Origin: a virus
Virus record (IMG/VR): IMGVR_UViG_3300021225_000468
Location: 1 to 64,000 of that record
Reading direction: 5' to 3' (one strand)
Length of the DNA: 64,000 bases
The notes beneath the pieces were generated by a model, which saw only the letters and a program-made list of their open reading frames with translations, did not search any database and was not told where the DNA came from. Every line of letters begins with the position of its first letter. The stretch's first letter is position 1. Shown piece after piece: positions 21,830 through 31,968 of the stretch. Position numbers and translations under genes: made by a program.

Positions 21830-22849
21830 TTAATCGTGTGTTTTTATTTTAATTGGTTTTTTATTTTTTTCTTTACGAGTCAATCTTAAAAAGGGATTTA
21901 TGAAATTTATCCAAGCGTCATCAGTCTTAGGTAAAATGTTAAATATCCCATCTTCTGTCATCATTTTAAGAGTGTTTTTGAATGACCTACCCTCAGGGTC
22001 TAATTTTTCGTATATCAAATTATGGATGTCTTCTTTTGCAACATCTGTTAATATTGGATTATCTAAACTTACTATCCTTTCATTGACATCGAAAAATTCG
22101 TCACCTAAAACACCATCTTTTGTAACCCCTGTGAGTAAATTTTTTAATGTATTATTGTGTTTGTCCTGTTCAAAAAGGGTTGTTGATTTTTCAATTATAC
22201 CCTTGACAGTTAATTCTTCAGTTTTGACTTCAGGAAATAAATTGATGAATTTTTTTATACCTAAACTTTTTATTCCATGTATATTGTCTGAAGAATCACC
22301 ACAAATAATTTTGAGGATTTTTACATTTTGAAGTAAAATCTCTTCATTCTTATAAAGAATTAAATCTCCCTTATTATAAATTTTATTATGTGATGGATTA
22401 AATATTTTAACGTTTGATGATGCTAATTGTGTTAAATCACCATCGGAAGAATATACAATGATATGTTCATTTAAAGATTGTTGTATATAGTATGCAATAC
22501 AATCATCTGTCTCACAATATTCATACTCACCTTGCCTAACATATATTTCTTCTAAATATTGTTTTACACGATTGCGTTGATATTTGTATGATGAAATTTC
22601 ATCTTCAGAACGAAGTCTACTTTTTCTATTTGCTTTATATTGCTGATATATTTTTTTTCTTGAAATAGAAGATTCTTCTCCGTCCCAAAAAACAACAATT
22701 TTATCTAAATGGTAGTTTTCAAATGCTCTCCTAAGAGTATTGAGAAAATGATAGATTCCTCCGATATGTACTCCTTTATAGAAATAATTTTTGACACCAT
22801 AAAAACCAATTGTGAGTAAATTGTCTCCATCTACTAATAATACTGACAT
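21830..22849 (-). CDS. 5'-3' exonuclease / flap endonuclease (PolI N-terminal domain / T4 RNase H-like)
   Basis: LLVDGDNL, VVFWDG, YKANR, ETDDCIA, SSDGDLTQL, GDSSDNIHGIKSLG (H3TH motif). Confidence 0.93.
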   Translation of the reverse strand: MSVLLVDGDNLLTIGFYGVKNYFYKGVHIGGIYHFLNTLRRAFENYHLDKIVVFWDGEESSISRKKIYQQYKANRKSRLRSEDEISSYKYQRNRVKQYLEEIYVRQGEYEYCETDDCIAYYIQQSLNEHIIVYSSDGDLTQLASSNVKIFNPSHNKIYNKGDLILYKNEEILLQNVKILKIICGDSSDNIHGIKSLGIKKFINLFPEVKTEELTVKGIIEKSTTLFEQDKHNNTLKNLLTGVTKDGVLGDEFFDVNERIVSLDNPILTDVAKEDIHNLIYEKLDPEGRSFKNTLKMMTEDGIFNILPKTDDAWINFINPFLRLTRKEKNKKPIKIKTHD

Positions 22850-22866
22850 TAATTAAATTATAATGA

Positions 22867-23871
22867 TTAAAAATCACTTTCATCATCGTCATCAATAACA
22901 GTTGTGGATTCTGCAAGAGTAAATTCTCCACCTAATTTCTCATTCCAAAAATTAGAGTATTCCTTCTTGTAATCTTCTAACGCCTCTTTCGTATCAGGAA
23001 TATAACCATTATGTACAACAATAAGCTTGCCGTCTCTATAACCCAATCCATTCACATGATTTTTAAGAATAGAAACTTTAGTTCTAACTGCATATGATAC
23101 TTTTCTACCATTCTTAACAGCATCAATATGATTGATACCTGATTTCTTTTGATTACCAAACAAGAACACTAATGCAGATGCTAACCATATTGCTTCACCT
23201 CCTTTTGCTTTGATTTCAGGTTGTCCATAAGGATTATCAGGAAGTTCAACCCATGGTTGATTAACAATAATCATTGTGACATAATAAGGAGCATCTTTGG
23301 TTGGATAATCCTCTTTTTTGGATTTGGTAATCCTTGCGTGGATACCCATACCTATTTTGTCAGAAAGTGCAGATGCATTATGTTGTTTACCACCTTTACC
23401 TTCAAAAGTCATCTTACAAGGAATAGAACCAATGGAGTCCCAACAGATAAGAATGTTTCTTGGGATTTCACCTTTTTCGTGAGCATCCAAGATTTCATTT
23501 ACAAAATCGGTTGCTTGTTCAATGTAATCAAATGAATCATTAAATATAAAATCTCCAACCCATTCACCATCTGAATTTTTTTCAGCCTGAAACCCAAGTT
23601 CAAGTGCATGTTCCCACTTCCACTTACGTTCAGTAATAATAAGTATTGGTAAATCTCCTTTCCTTTGTGCGTCAACTGCAGACAATATCATTGCAGTTGT
23701 TTTTGATGAGTTGGTATGTCCAAGAAACATATTAATGTTCCCCATAACAGGTCCAGGAAGACCACAGGCATCATTGAATGCTTTGCCACAGTAATAAAAG
23801 TTTTCAGGTTTGTATTTAGTACTACTTGAAAACTTAGATATATAATCGAATGTTTTTTTCTTAATAGCCAT
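22867..23871 (-). CDS. RecA/UvsX-like recombinase
   Basis: P-loop GHTNSSKTT, ICWDSIGS (Walker B), IIVNQ, KAKGGEAI, acidic C-terminal tail. Confidence 0.85.
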   Translation of the reverse strand: MAIKKKTFDYISKFSSSTKYKPENFYYCGKAFNDACGLPGPVMGNINMFLGHTNSSKTTAMILSAVDAQRKGDLPILIITERKWKWEHALELGFQAEKNSDGEWVGDFIFNDSFDYIEQATDFVNEILDAHEKGEIPRNILICWDSIGSIPCKMTFEGKGGKQHNASALSDKIGMGIHARITKSKKEDYPTKDAPYYVTMIIVNQPWVELPDNPYGQPEIKAKGGEAIWLASALVFLFGNQKKSGINHIDAVKNGRKVSYAVRTKVSILKNHVNGLGYRDGKLIVVHNGYIPDTKEALEDYKKEYSNFWNEKLGGEFTLAESTTVIDDDDESDF

Positions 23872-23893
23872 ATGTTATATTATTTTAATAAGG

Positions 23894-23953
23894 AAAAAGG
23901 AACCCCCACCAACAAACGGAAACAAAATTTTGATTTATCAATGGTGGGGGTTC
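23894..23953 (-). terminator. GC-rich 12-bp stem with a 30-nt loop followed by a U run (terminator or structured RNA)
   Basis: GAACCCCCACCA (23900-23911) pairs with TGGTGGGGGTTC (23942-23953). Confidence 0.6.
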
Positions 23954-23969
23954 ACTAAATTGTGTTCAA

Positions 23970-24809
23970 TTAGAACGGAATATCATCATCAACTTCAGAA
24001 TCTACTTGTGGGTCAGATACCACTACTTTGTTTTTTGGAGTCATATCGAACTCCTCAGTTACATTTGAGACCCATTTATTAGTTACTGAATCCCAACGGG
24101 GTTCTTCCCCTTTTGCTATCATTTCAAGATAATCTTCACCCTTTTTTGAGTATACATCTGACCAAACCAAATCATCTTCAATCCATTGCTTTGCAATTTC
24201 AGGATTCTCATGGAGTGGTCCAGGGTCTTCAGGAATAACTGAATTGACTACAGTATATTCCTTCCCATTTCCTGATTTGGCTAAGTTTAAAGAGAGAATC
24301 AAGTCCCTACCCTTATTTACATCAGTGATGTTACCTTTATTTTTGAAGATTGGGAAAATTTTATCAAAAATACCATCACCTTTAGCGTTATGTTTAAACC
24401 TCCAAAATTTTACACCGTCTTGTTCATTGTCTCTATCAATGACTTTTACAATATAAAACTTACGAGAACGATACATTTTTGCGTCCTCCTTACTTTGAGA
24501 ATCACCTTGTAACATGAGACCTTCATAAACCTCATTAAGAGGTGACCTTTTACCTTCTTGTGCGGGGTCATATAATTTAACCCACTTACCACCTACCTGT
24601 ACTTCATGAAATTTAACTTCCACAAAAGGTGAAGTTCCGTCTGCAGATGGTAAAATTCTAATTCTTTTCTCTTCTCCTTTTGACCCTTTAGGCAAAAGAG
24701 TAGTGAAATACTTTTTCATCCTGTCTTCTTGTGAGACTTTTCCTGAGTTGCCACTTGTGGCTTGTTTGTTTTTTTCGTACTGTGCGATAATCGCGTCTAA
24801 TGTTGACAT
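23970..24809 (-). CDS. Single-stranded DNA-binding protein (T4 gp32-like)
   Basis: RIRILP...PFVEVKFH, YIVKVIDRDNEQDGVKFWRF, ITDVNKGRDLIL, acidic tail ending DDDIPF, and position next to the recombinase. Confidence 0.85.
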   Translation of the reverse strand: MSTLDAIIAQYEKNKQATSGNSGKVSQEDRMKKYFTTLLPKGSKGEEKRIRILPSADGTSPFVEVKFHEVQVGGKWVKLYDPAQEGKRSPLNEVYEGLMLQGDSQSKEDAKMYRSRKFYIVKVIDRDNEQDGVKFWRFKHNAKGDGIFDKIFPIFKNKGNITDVNKGRDLILSLNLAKSGNGKEYTVVNSVIPEDPGPLHENPEIAKQWIEDDLVWSDVYSKKGEDYLEMIAKGEEPRWDSVTNKWVSNVTEEFDMTPKNKVVVSDPQVDSEVDDDIPF

Positions 24810-24850
24810 AAAAATTAGTGTTTAAAATTGTTGATATTAAAAATCTAAAT

Positions 24851-24880
24851 AAAAAAGGTCAGAAAAAAAAATTTCTGACC
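24851..24880 (-). terminator. Intrinsic terminator
   Basis: GGTCAGAAA...TTTCTGACC stem plus U6 on the minus strand, downstream of the ferritin-like gene. Confidence 0.8.
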
Positions 24881-24903
24881 CTTAATTTTTGAAAAATATT
24901 CTA

Positions 24904-25287
24904 TTATTCGAAAGTAAGTAAATAAGATAGTTTGTTCAATTCTCCTAACATTTCATCACGAATATTCAATAAATTAGTATCTGTTGAATCAATATTATTT
25001 GACATGTCAATAAATTGTTTTCTCAAAATCTCAATAAACTTCATCAAATCAACACTTTGATAATTCATTAATTCAATTGTTTTTGATTCTTCGTCTAATT
25101 CAAATCTACCGTATCTACCCATACATTGCTCTACAAATGAATCAATTAATCCATCCATAACGTCATAAAAATCACCAAACGCAGTGTGTTGTGCGTGACT
25201 ACCAACTCCTTTTGTTTGCCAATGAAGTATTTTTATTTGTGACTGTAGAGCCAAAAAAAAGTTCACATTAATACTTAAATTCTTCAT
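24904..25287 (-). CDS. Ferritin/Dps-like four-helix protein (DUF5856-like)
   Basis: LHWQTKG..SHAQHTAFGDFYD...IDSFVEQ resembles Dps H/H/D/E metal ligands. The C-terminus reads NIRDEMLGELNKLSYLL. Confidence 0.75.
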   Translation of the reverse strand: MKNLSINVNFFLALQSQIKILHWQTKGVGSHAQHTAFGDFYDVMDGLIDSFVEQCMGRYGRFELDEESKTIELMNYQSVDLMKFIEILRKQFIDMSNNIDSTDTNLLNIRDEMLGELNKLSYLLTFE

Positions 25288-25918
25288 TTTCCAAGTTTGA
25301 ATTAAAAGTGTCCCTTATACTATCCTTAGAATAGTTTATCACATCATCTTTTGTCAAAACGTACTCATTTTTACCTGTCATTTGCATTTCTCCTTGTTTT
25401 TGTGCAAAAAACTGTTGTGGATTTTGATTAAATGGATACGAATCCAAAGACCTCATGTTTAATTTTTCTTCAGGTGATTTAGGTCTCATTTTTTCAACTT
25501 TAGTCCCTAAATCTTCTATTTTAGCAATAATGTTATCCATACTTGATAACTTTTGTTCCAAATCATCAAGTTTTGTGAAGATGTCATTCATTTTATTTTC
25601 AACACCTGAACTATCTGATTTTTTGTTTTCTAATTCTTTTTTGATACTCTTGGTCATATTAACCAAATCAGTAATATCAATTTCTTCGGTATCCGCCATA
25701 GAATCTTCAGGTGTCCCCATATCCCCCATACCTTCATTTGGTGGTGGTGTATCTGTTGTTGGTGGTAAATCAGATGGTGGAGGAACATCTCCTCCTGGAG
25801 GAGGAGGTAAATCACCACCTGGTGCAGGAGGTAATTCCTGTTCATTCATTAATTTCTTAGCGTAATTGTTAATCTCTTTGTAACGATTAATTTCCTCTAA
25901 TAATTTTTTTTCTAACAT
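25268..25918 (-). CDS. Hypothetical Pro-rich/coiled-coil protein (possible head scaffold or internal protein)
   Basis: LLEEINRYKEI N-terminal tag, PPAPGGDLPPPPGGDVPPP tract and a heptad region. Confidence 0.65.
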   Translation of the reverse strand: MLEKKLLEEINRYKEINNYAKKLMNEQELPPAPGGDLPPPPGGDVPPPSDLPPTTDTPPPNEGMGDMGTPEDSMADTEEIDITDLVNMTKSIKKELENKKSDSSGVENKMNDIFTKLDDLEQKLSSMDNIIAKIEDLGTKVEKMRPKSPEEKLNMRSLDSYPFNQNPQQFFAQKQGEMQMTGKNEYVLTKDDVINYSKDSIRDTFNSNLENEEFKY

Positions 25919-25922
25919 GGCT

Positions 25923-26117
25923 TTAATCTTGTAATAATTGTCTACCGTCTTCGGTTAGATATTTTTTATTTATTCTTTCTACTATTCCATCTTTTTCTCT
26001 TACAACATAACATTCACCCGTGACTAAATCACATTCTTCTTTTTCGTTAGGTTGTAATTTTTTTGTATTAGATTTATTTAAATAATTATCTAAAACATTA
26101 TCAAATTTTTTTAACAT
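25923..26117 (-). CDS. Small hypothetical protein
   Basis: Likely start is the ATG at 26117 (MLKKFDN...), just downstream of TATTTAT at 26132-26138. Contains ECDLVTGEC. Confidence 0.65.
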   Translation of the reverse strand: MLKKFDNVLDNYLNKSNTKKLQPNEKEECDLVTGECYVVREKDGIVERINKKYLTEDGRQLLQD

Positions 26118-26157
26118 AATTATGTTTTTATATAAATATAGAGAAATTATGAAATTT

Positions 26158-29100
26158 TTATTCCATATTAAAATATACAATACTTCCTTCCTCTAAACCT
26201 AATTTTTTCATTAATGCTTTTGACATACCAATACCGTAATTTTCTATATCAGGTCCAATGTCTATTGGTCCTGACACAACACTATTAGTTACTTGATATT
26301 TTACTTCTACTTCCTGTTTTGTTTTTGGATTAATAAAAATAGTTTTACCGTTTTTGTATTTATTAAACACATCATTAAATAATTGTATTTTCTCTATGTA
26401 TATTGAATAAAATAAACAATTTTCATTATCTGATAAATTTTTAACATCTTTCCACAATACTTTAGAACCATTTATTCTTGTTGCTATTTCCATTTCTCTG
26501 TCATCACCATTACTAAATGTATTTTTTTCTCCTCCCATAATAACAACTCTTGCTCTTAACCATTTTGTTTGTGTTCTATTTTGTGATGAATATTTCATTA
26601 ATTGTATGTTCGCGTTTTCACCATTATATGGTACACCAAATTCAGTATATCCCGCTTCATTAACTATGTTTTTATAGAAATCTTCTTCAGGTATTATTAC
26701 ACCAGGTTTAGTTGTATATGTGTTACCTTTATATGTGAACGAATAACCATTATCCAATATATTTCTATCAGTTTTAATTTTATTAATTGCTCTATCTTTA
26801 ATCTTATCAAATAAGATTCTATATGATGATGTAAACGAATCTAATGGGTCAGGTAATGATTTATAAGGTATTCTTGTACCCTTAAATGATGTTGTAAAAT
26901 TATTTGCTTTGATACTATGTGTCACTTCAGTTATCCAATAAGAACCTTTGAACATAGGTATATTTTTGAGATAAAAGAACATAGTCGGTTGTATCATTGC
27001 ATTACCGAAACAAGTAACATCACATGTATATGATGCTTGTCTATAGTAATCAAACAAACCAACATCAATATTATATGCACCCGCACCACTTTCAGTTCTT
27101 GCGATGTTTTCCATTACAACAAAAGATTCGGATGTGTTTTTCAAAGAAGATTGGTCAAGTTGAATTCCTTTAAATATAGATTGGTTTTGGTCACCAAAAC
27201 TAACTTCAAATGCAACTGCTCTATTTGATTTAGATAAATCTAATTGTTCAAAAGATTTTAGTGATGTAATTAATATTGGATTATTATTTGTTTGATAAAT
27301 AGGAAATGAATCATCCGCAAATTTATATTTCTTACTTTGAACGTCAATATGTTTAGATGATTGTCCAACATATTGAATTATAATTTTAGGTGTTGACTCT
27401 TGATAATCTACCTCTAAAAATGTACCAAATATATTACTTGCAACATTTTTAGATGGTGTAATTCTATTTTTAGTTTTTACATTATTTCCATAAAAATTAA
27501 CATATGAAGGTAATGCCCTCATATCTAATCCTGAATTTTGTAAAAGAACAGAAATTACACCATATAAATTTATTTTAGAATTTTTAGTATCCCCTAAAGG
27601 TATTAATTTATCAATGTTAAGATACAATTTATCTCCAATATCTTTATTTGCTTTATCCAAAAATAAAAATTCTTCTAATAATAATCTTTGTCCAATAGAA
27701 TTACCACCAATCCATTTATCATTAAATGATTTAAAATAATTATACAATTCTATTTTGGGGTCCTTATTATTATATCCTGATGATATTTGATTTAATGTAA
27801 CAGTTTTAATTTTTTGATTTAACTTTCCAAAGTTTGAAATTAAATAATCTAAAAATAATTGTCTCCTATTTTCAAAACTTGGAATATCATTGATTGTTGC
27901 CTTTCTTAATATATTGACATCAAGATAATTCTTAAATGTTGAAGATATCGCGGCACCCCCATTTTTTCTATACCCTGCGTATATTAGTATTATTGGTCTT
28001 AATTCTATAATATTATCTTCTTTCAATTCAATATTATTTATTTGGAAAAATTCCCTATAATATCCATCAATATCTTCACCAAGATAAAGATTTATCAATT
28101 TTAAATTGTTGACAGTTAATTGAGAAGAATTATAAAAATTATAAGACAAAGTATTACCCGTACTAACATCCGTGAATCCATATAATATATGTGTATCAAG
28201 TTCTTTTGGATTACCTAAAGTAATTTTAACTAAATTAGTAGTTGATAATATGTTTTTTGTTATATCTTGTAAGTTTGTTTTTTGTTTTTGTTTTAATTCT
28301 AAAATAATGTTTTCAACGTCATTAGATGTTATTAATGATTTATTTACAGTAACAATATCTCTTAATATGTCTTGAAATTTCGTATACTTAACATTCGGAA
28401 ATTTATAATCGATTGAATTGTCATTCACTCTTTCAGATGCAAATTGTAAAAATATCTCTTCAAACTCTTCTAATATTTTTGGACTAAATGTTCCAAATAA
28501 ATCAATTATCTTTCGATAATTTGTGTCAAAAGAATATATGTTATCAGAGTTAGTTTGTCCAGTAACATATGTTCTATGATATTGATTATATAGGGGAAAA
28601 TTTAACCCATCATAATTATCATTCAGATATTCATCTGCCCATACTATTCTAAAGTTCTTTTGAGTTCCACTATCAAATGTTTCTGAATTTGTAATCAATT
28701 CCCCTGTTGTAGTATTGTCACTAGCGTTAATATTTTCATTTCCTCCATCACATGGCAATAAAGTATATTTTTTTTCATCAGGTTTGTATTTTGAGTTATC
28801 TACAATAGATGTCCAAAAATTTAATAAATTACTCTCAGTCCTTTTCCTCATCAGTATTTTTTTATTTGTAACATTTTGAGAAAAAGATGTGTTACCTGAT
28901 AACACGTCATAGTGATTGTAATCATTTACAATTTGATGAAAAATTGCATCATAAAATGGATGTACACCAACATCAACTTGACCACTATATGTTATTGTAT
29001 CAGAATTTGCGGTAAACGCAGTGAAATTAGGTGACGTTTGGTTATTATTAAAAAATATCGACCCATTGATTGGTCTTGTTTTATTATTAGGGTCTAACAT

Positions 29101-31968
29101 ATCTTCTAAAATATCAACTCCCTCAATCAGATATTTTTTATACCTATGATATATTGAACCCCATTTACATATCAAATGATATGGTATAAAATGTGTTGCA
29201 CCAATTTCTCTGAATAACGATGAATATTTTACTTTTGATGTGGTATTTGTGAAATTACTTAAATTTCTTAATGTATTATTTGATGGTGCATTTAATTGAT
29301 AATTTATTTTATCATCTAATTCTGAGAATGGCAATGAATTTAACAGTAAATAAGATGACGCTGCGTATTTACCATAACCATATTGTCTAAAAAAATCAAA
29401 ATACAACTGTCTATGAAAAAAAGATGTATTCATGACACTTGTTCTTGTATTATTAATTGTAATTAAATTATCAAATAAATTATTTTTATAATCCGATTTA
29501 ACATAACTTATTTCTTTTACTGTCTGTATTAAAGATTCAGAAGGTACAACTTCAAACTCTATTTTGAATTTTAACTCTTCCTCAGAATAACTCGATTCAT
29601 TAATATAAGACAAATATAAATTTGAATTAAATGGATAAATATTTTTTCTATATGATTCAGGTTGATAAGTTTTTAAATAATTTTTCAAATTTTCATATTC
29701 ACCTGAAACAGAACTTTTATTTATTTTTATATTCTCCGTTATTTTATACGGTATATTCAAAGAATCAATCAAATATGGTAAAGTAGATAATTGGTCCAAA
29801 TAATAAGGATATCTATCAATTGGAGAATAATCTTTTAAAGATTGTATTAAATCAGATGTTGTTTTTACTCTATCTTGAAGTATTGCAATTAATTCATTTT
29901 GTTCTTCAATTGCATTTTTTATATTGATAAATTCAACATCAGATAATTCTTTTATTGTTTTTGTATCAAATGAATCAACTAAGTTGTAAATATTCGCTCT
30001 TTCCCATATTTCATATAAAAAAGATGATGGGGATTTATCAACATATGGAATGTTATCATTGACAATTGATATCGCATTTAGTGGTTGAATGTCGTTATTA
30101 TTTTCATCATTCGGTAGTCTAAATTTAAGATTTTCTATTCCTGTTTCTTTTTCTGCATTAGGGTCTACTTTGTTAGTCGCAACTTTAACATAATTTTCTA
30201 AAAATTCAACTTCAGGCCATATTCGAGAATCTCTTGAGTTTAATTTTGTTACTAAATCATCGTCACCTGGATACGCAACAACATTTTGTCTGTCTTTTTC
30301 AGATTGTTTTTTTATTTCGGGCCATGGGTATATATTCTTATCGTCTTTTGTTTCTTTTGATAAATTACCAATAATCTTTGCTCTCTCATCCGCAACTTTG
30401 AATGCTTTTTGATGAACTTCTTTCATTAATCGAATATAGACATCAGCATTCGCCAATATTACTGCAAATATATTTTTTACTGTTGGCTCAAATCCAAGAC
30501 CTAATTCTTTATCAAGAATTATTTTATTCATTTCATCTTCAACAAACTTTACTAATTTGTCTTTTTCATCATAAAATGTTTTTTTAATATCATTTATATC
30601 AGATATTAAGGTATCGAAATTCACTTCATATTGTCCATTAGAATTATTTTTTCTGTAATATCTTTCACCCCACACTATTGGTTTTGAAAGAATATTACCA
30701 ACAGAGAAATTTGAATTTCCTGTTTTTTTATCTTTCATCAATTTTATGATAGCATCTGAAAATAATGAACTTGATTCAAGTTTTTCTTTATTGTTTTTAA
30801 CTATCTTAAATAAAGTCTGACCGTTTTCTCCAATTATATTATCAGGTTTTGTTTTATCTTGTGATTTTAATTGATACCAATTTATACCTCCTTCAGTTGT
30901 AAAAGTATTTAGTAAATAAAATTTCGCCCATTCAATACACGCTGACTCAAAATAGTTTATTGATTTTTCAAATTCATCTAATCCAACAAAAATATCGGGA
31001 TTTAATCTATTATTTAAAATTTGTTTTTCCAATATTTTATCGAGAGATTGTGCTTTAAAAATAAGTTCACGTAATGTGATTACAGGAAAATTTGATTTTA
31101 CTAATCCTTTTCTTTTGTATTCAGTATAAATTGACTTTAATATTGAGTACCCCCTTGAGCCTCTTGTAATTTCAACTTGTGTGTCCGTATTTTCACTATT
31201 TCCTTGAACTGAATTACTACTTTTTGTATTTTCAACAAAATACATATACGGGGCATTCTTAATTAAATCTAATGATATGTCATTTAAATATGCGAATGTG
31301 GAACCAACAAAACTTGTCTGAATGTCAAAATTTCCAGTACTGTCATTGAACTTTGTTGAAAACCTGACTAAATGAAGTCTATATCTTATTGCCTTACCAT
31401 AATAACCTTTTAAGGTTAAATAAAAAATTGGCCAAGGTAAATGAAAGAATGTATTATATGGTGAATTTTCAGGAGATTCAAACAAAGTTTTACCTCTCAC
31501 ATCGACAAAACTTATATTTACTTGTGGAATTGAATTGACACCTTTAATACTTATGTTTATAGATTCAATACCAAAAGATTGACCTGTTTCATCAAAATTA
31601 TTTTTTAAAACCTTTTCATTGTTGGTTTGTTTTTCATTTATATTTTTGTTATTTGTACTAACTTCTTGTTGATAAAAAGATTCGGACCACTTTGTATCAT
31701 AATCACCACCATTCTGATTTCTTAGAAAATTAAAAGTACCTTGTGCAATATTAACTAACGTATTTGTATCATTATCAGATTTCAAAATTGACCTCGGTAT
31801 CAAATCTGCTTCTAAATTAACATACATTATCAAGTTCTCTTGACTAATATTTCTTGGTAATATATTACCATCTCTATCAACAACACTATTGGGGTCGATA
31901 TATATTAAATTATTTTGGTCAACTTTTACTAATATTTTTTCACTATCTGATAAATTATTGTTCCCCAT
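26158..31968 (-). CDS. Giant baseplate hub protein (gp27/gpD-like segments)
   Basis: SYTCDVTCFGNAMIQPTMFFYL...FKGSYWITEVTHSI...FTTSFKGTR is typical of hub C-termini. It follows the LysM/gp53-like gene. Confidence 0.7.
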   Translation of the reverse strand: MGNNNLSDSEKILVKVDQNNLIYIDPNSVVDRDGNILPRNISQENLIMYVNLEADLIPRSILKSDNDTNTLVNIAQGTFNFLRNQNGGDYDTKWSESFYQQEVSTNNKNINEKQTNNEKVLKNNFDETGQSFGIESINISIKGVNSIPQVNISFVDVRGKTLFESPENSPYNTFFHLPWPIFYLTLKGYYGKAIRYRLHLVRFSTKFNDSTGNFDIQTSFVGSTFAYLNDISLDLIKNAPYMYFVENTKSSNSVQGNSENTDTQVEITRGSRGYSILKSIYTEYKRKGLVKSNFPVITLRELIFKAQSLDKILEKQILNNRLNPDIFVGLDEFEKSINYFESACIEWAKFYLLNTFTTEGGINWYQLKSQDKTKPDNIIGENGQTLFKIVKNNKEKLESSSLFSDAIIKLMKDKKTGNSNFSVGNILSKPIVWGERYYRKNNSNGQYEVNFDTLISDINDIKKTFYDEKDKLVKFVEDEMNKIILDKELGLGFEPTVKNIFAVILANADVYIRLMKEVHQKAFKVADERAKIIGNLSKETKDDKNIYPWPEIKKQSEKDRQNVVAYPGDDDLVTKLNSRDSRIWPEVEFLENYVKVATNKVDPNAEKETGIENLKFRLPNDENNNDIQPLNAISIVNDNIPYVDKSPSSFLYEIWERANIYNLVDSFDTKTIKELSDVEFINIKNAIEEQNELIAILQDRVKTTSDLIQSLKDYSPIDRYPYYLDQLSTLPYLIDSLNIPYKITENIKINKSSVSGEYENLKNYLKTYQPESYRKNIYPFNSNLYLSYINESSYSEEELKFKIEFEVVPSESLIQTVKEISYVKSDYKNNLFDNLITINNTRTSVMNTSFFHRQLYFDFFRQYGYGKYAASSYLLLNSLPFSELDDKINYQLNAPSNNTLRNLSNFTNTTSKVKYSSLFREIGATHFIPYHLICKWGSIYHRYKKYLIEGVDILEDMLDPNNKTRPINGSIFFNNNQTSPNFTAFTANSDTITYSGQVDVGVHPFYDAIFHQIVNDYNHYDVLSGNTSFSQNVTNKKILMRKRTESNLLNFWTSIVDNSKYKPDEKKYTLLPCDGGNENINASDNTTTGELITNSETFDSGTQKNFRIVWADEYLNDNYDGLNFPLYNQYHRTYVTGQTNSDNIYSFDTNYRKIIDLFGTFSPKILEEFEEIFLQFASERVNDNSIDYKFPNVKYTKFQDILRDIVTVNKSLITSNDVENIILELKQKQKTNLQDITKNILSTTNLVKITLGNPKELDTHILYGFTDVSTGNTLSYNFYNSSQLTVNNLKLINLYLGEDIDGYYREFFQINNIELKEDNIIELRPIILIYAGYRKNGGAAISSTFKNYLDVNILRKATINDIPSFENRRQLFLDYLISNFGKLNQKIKTVTLNQISSGYNNKDPKIELYNYFKSFNDKWIGGNSIGQRLLLEEFLFLDKANKDIGDKLYLNIDKLIPLGDTKNSKINLYGVISVLLQNSGLDMRALPSYVNFYGNNVKTKNRITPSKNVASNIFGTFLEVDYQESTPKIIIQYVGQSSKHIDVQSKKYKFADDSFPIYQTNNNPILITSLKSFEQLDLSKSNRAVAFEVSFGDQNQSIFKGIQLDQSSLKNTSESFVVMENIARTESGAGAYNIDVGLFDYYRQASYTCDVTCFGNAMIQPTMFFYLKNIPMFKGSYWITEVTHSIKANNFTTSFKGTRIPYKSLPDPLDSFTSSYRILFDKIKDRAINKIKTDRNILDNGYSFTYKGNTYTTKPGVIIPEEDFYKNIVNEAGYTEFGVPYNGENANIQLMKYSSQNRTQTKWLRARVVIMGGEKNTFSNGDDREMEIATRINGSKVLWKDVKNLSDNENCLFYSIYIEKIQLFNDVFNKYKNGKTIFINPKTKQEVEVKYQVTNSVVSGPIDIGPDIENYGIGMSKALMKKLGLEEGSIVYFNME

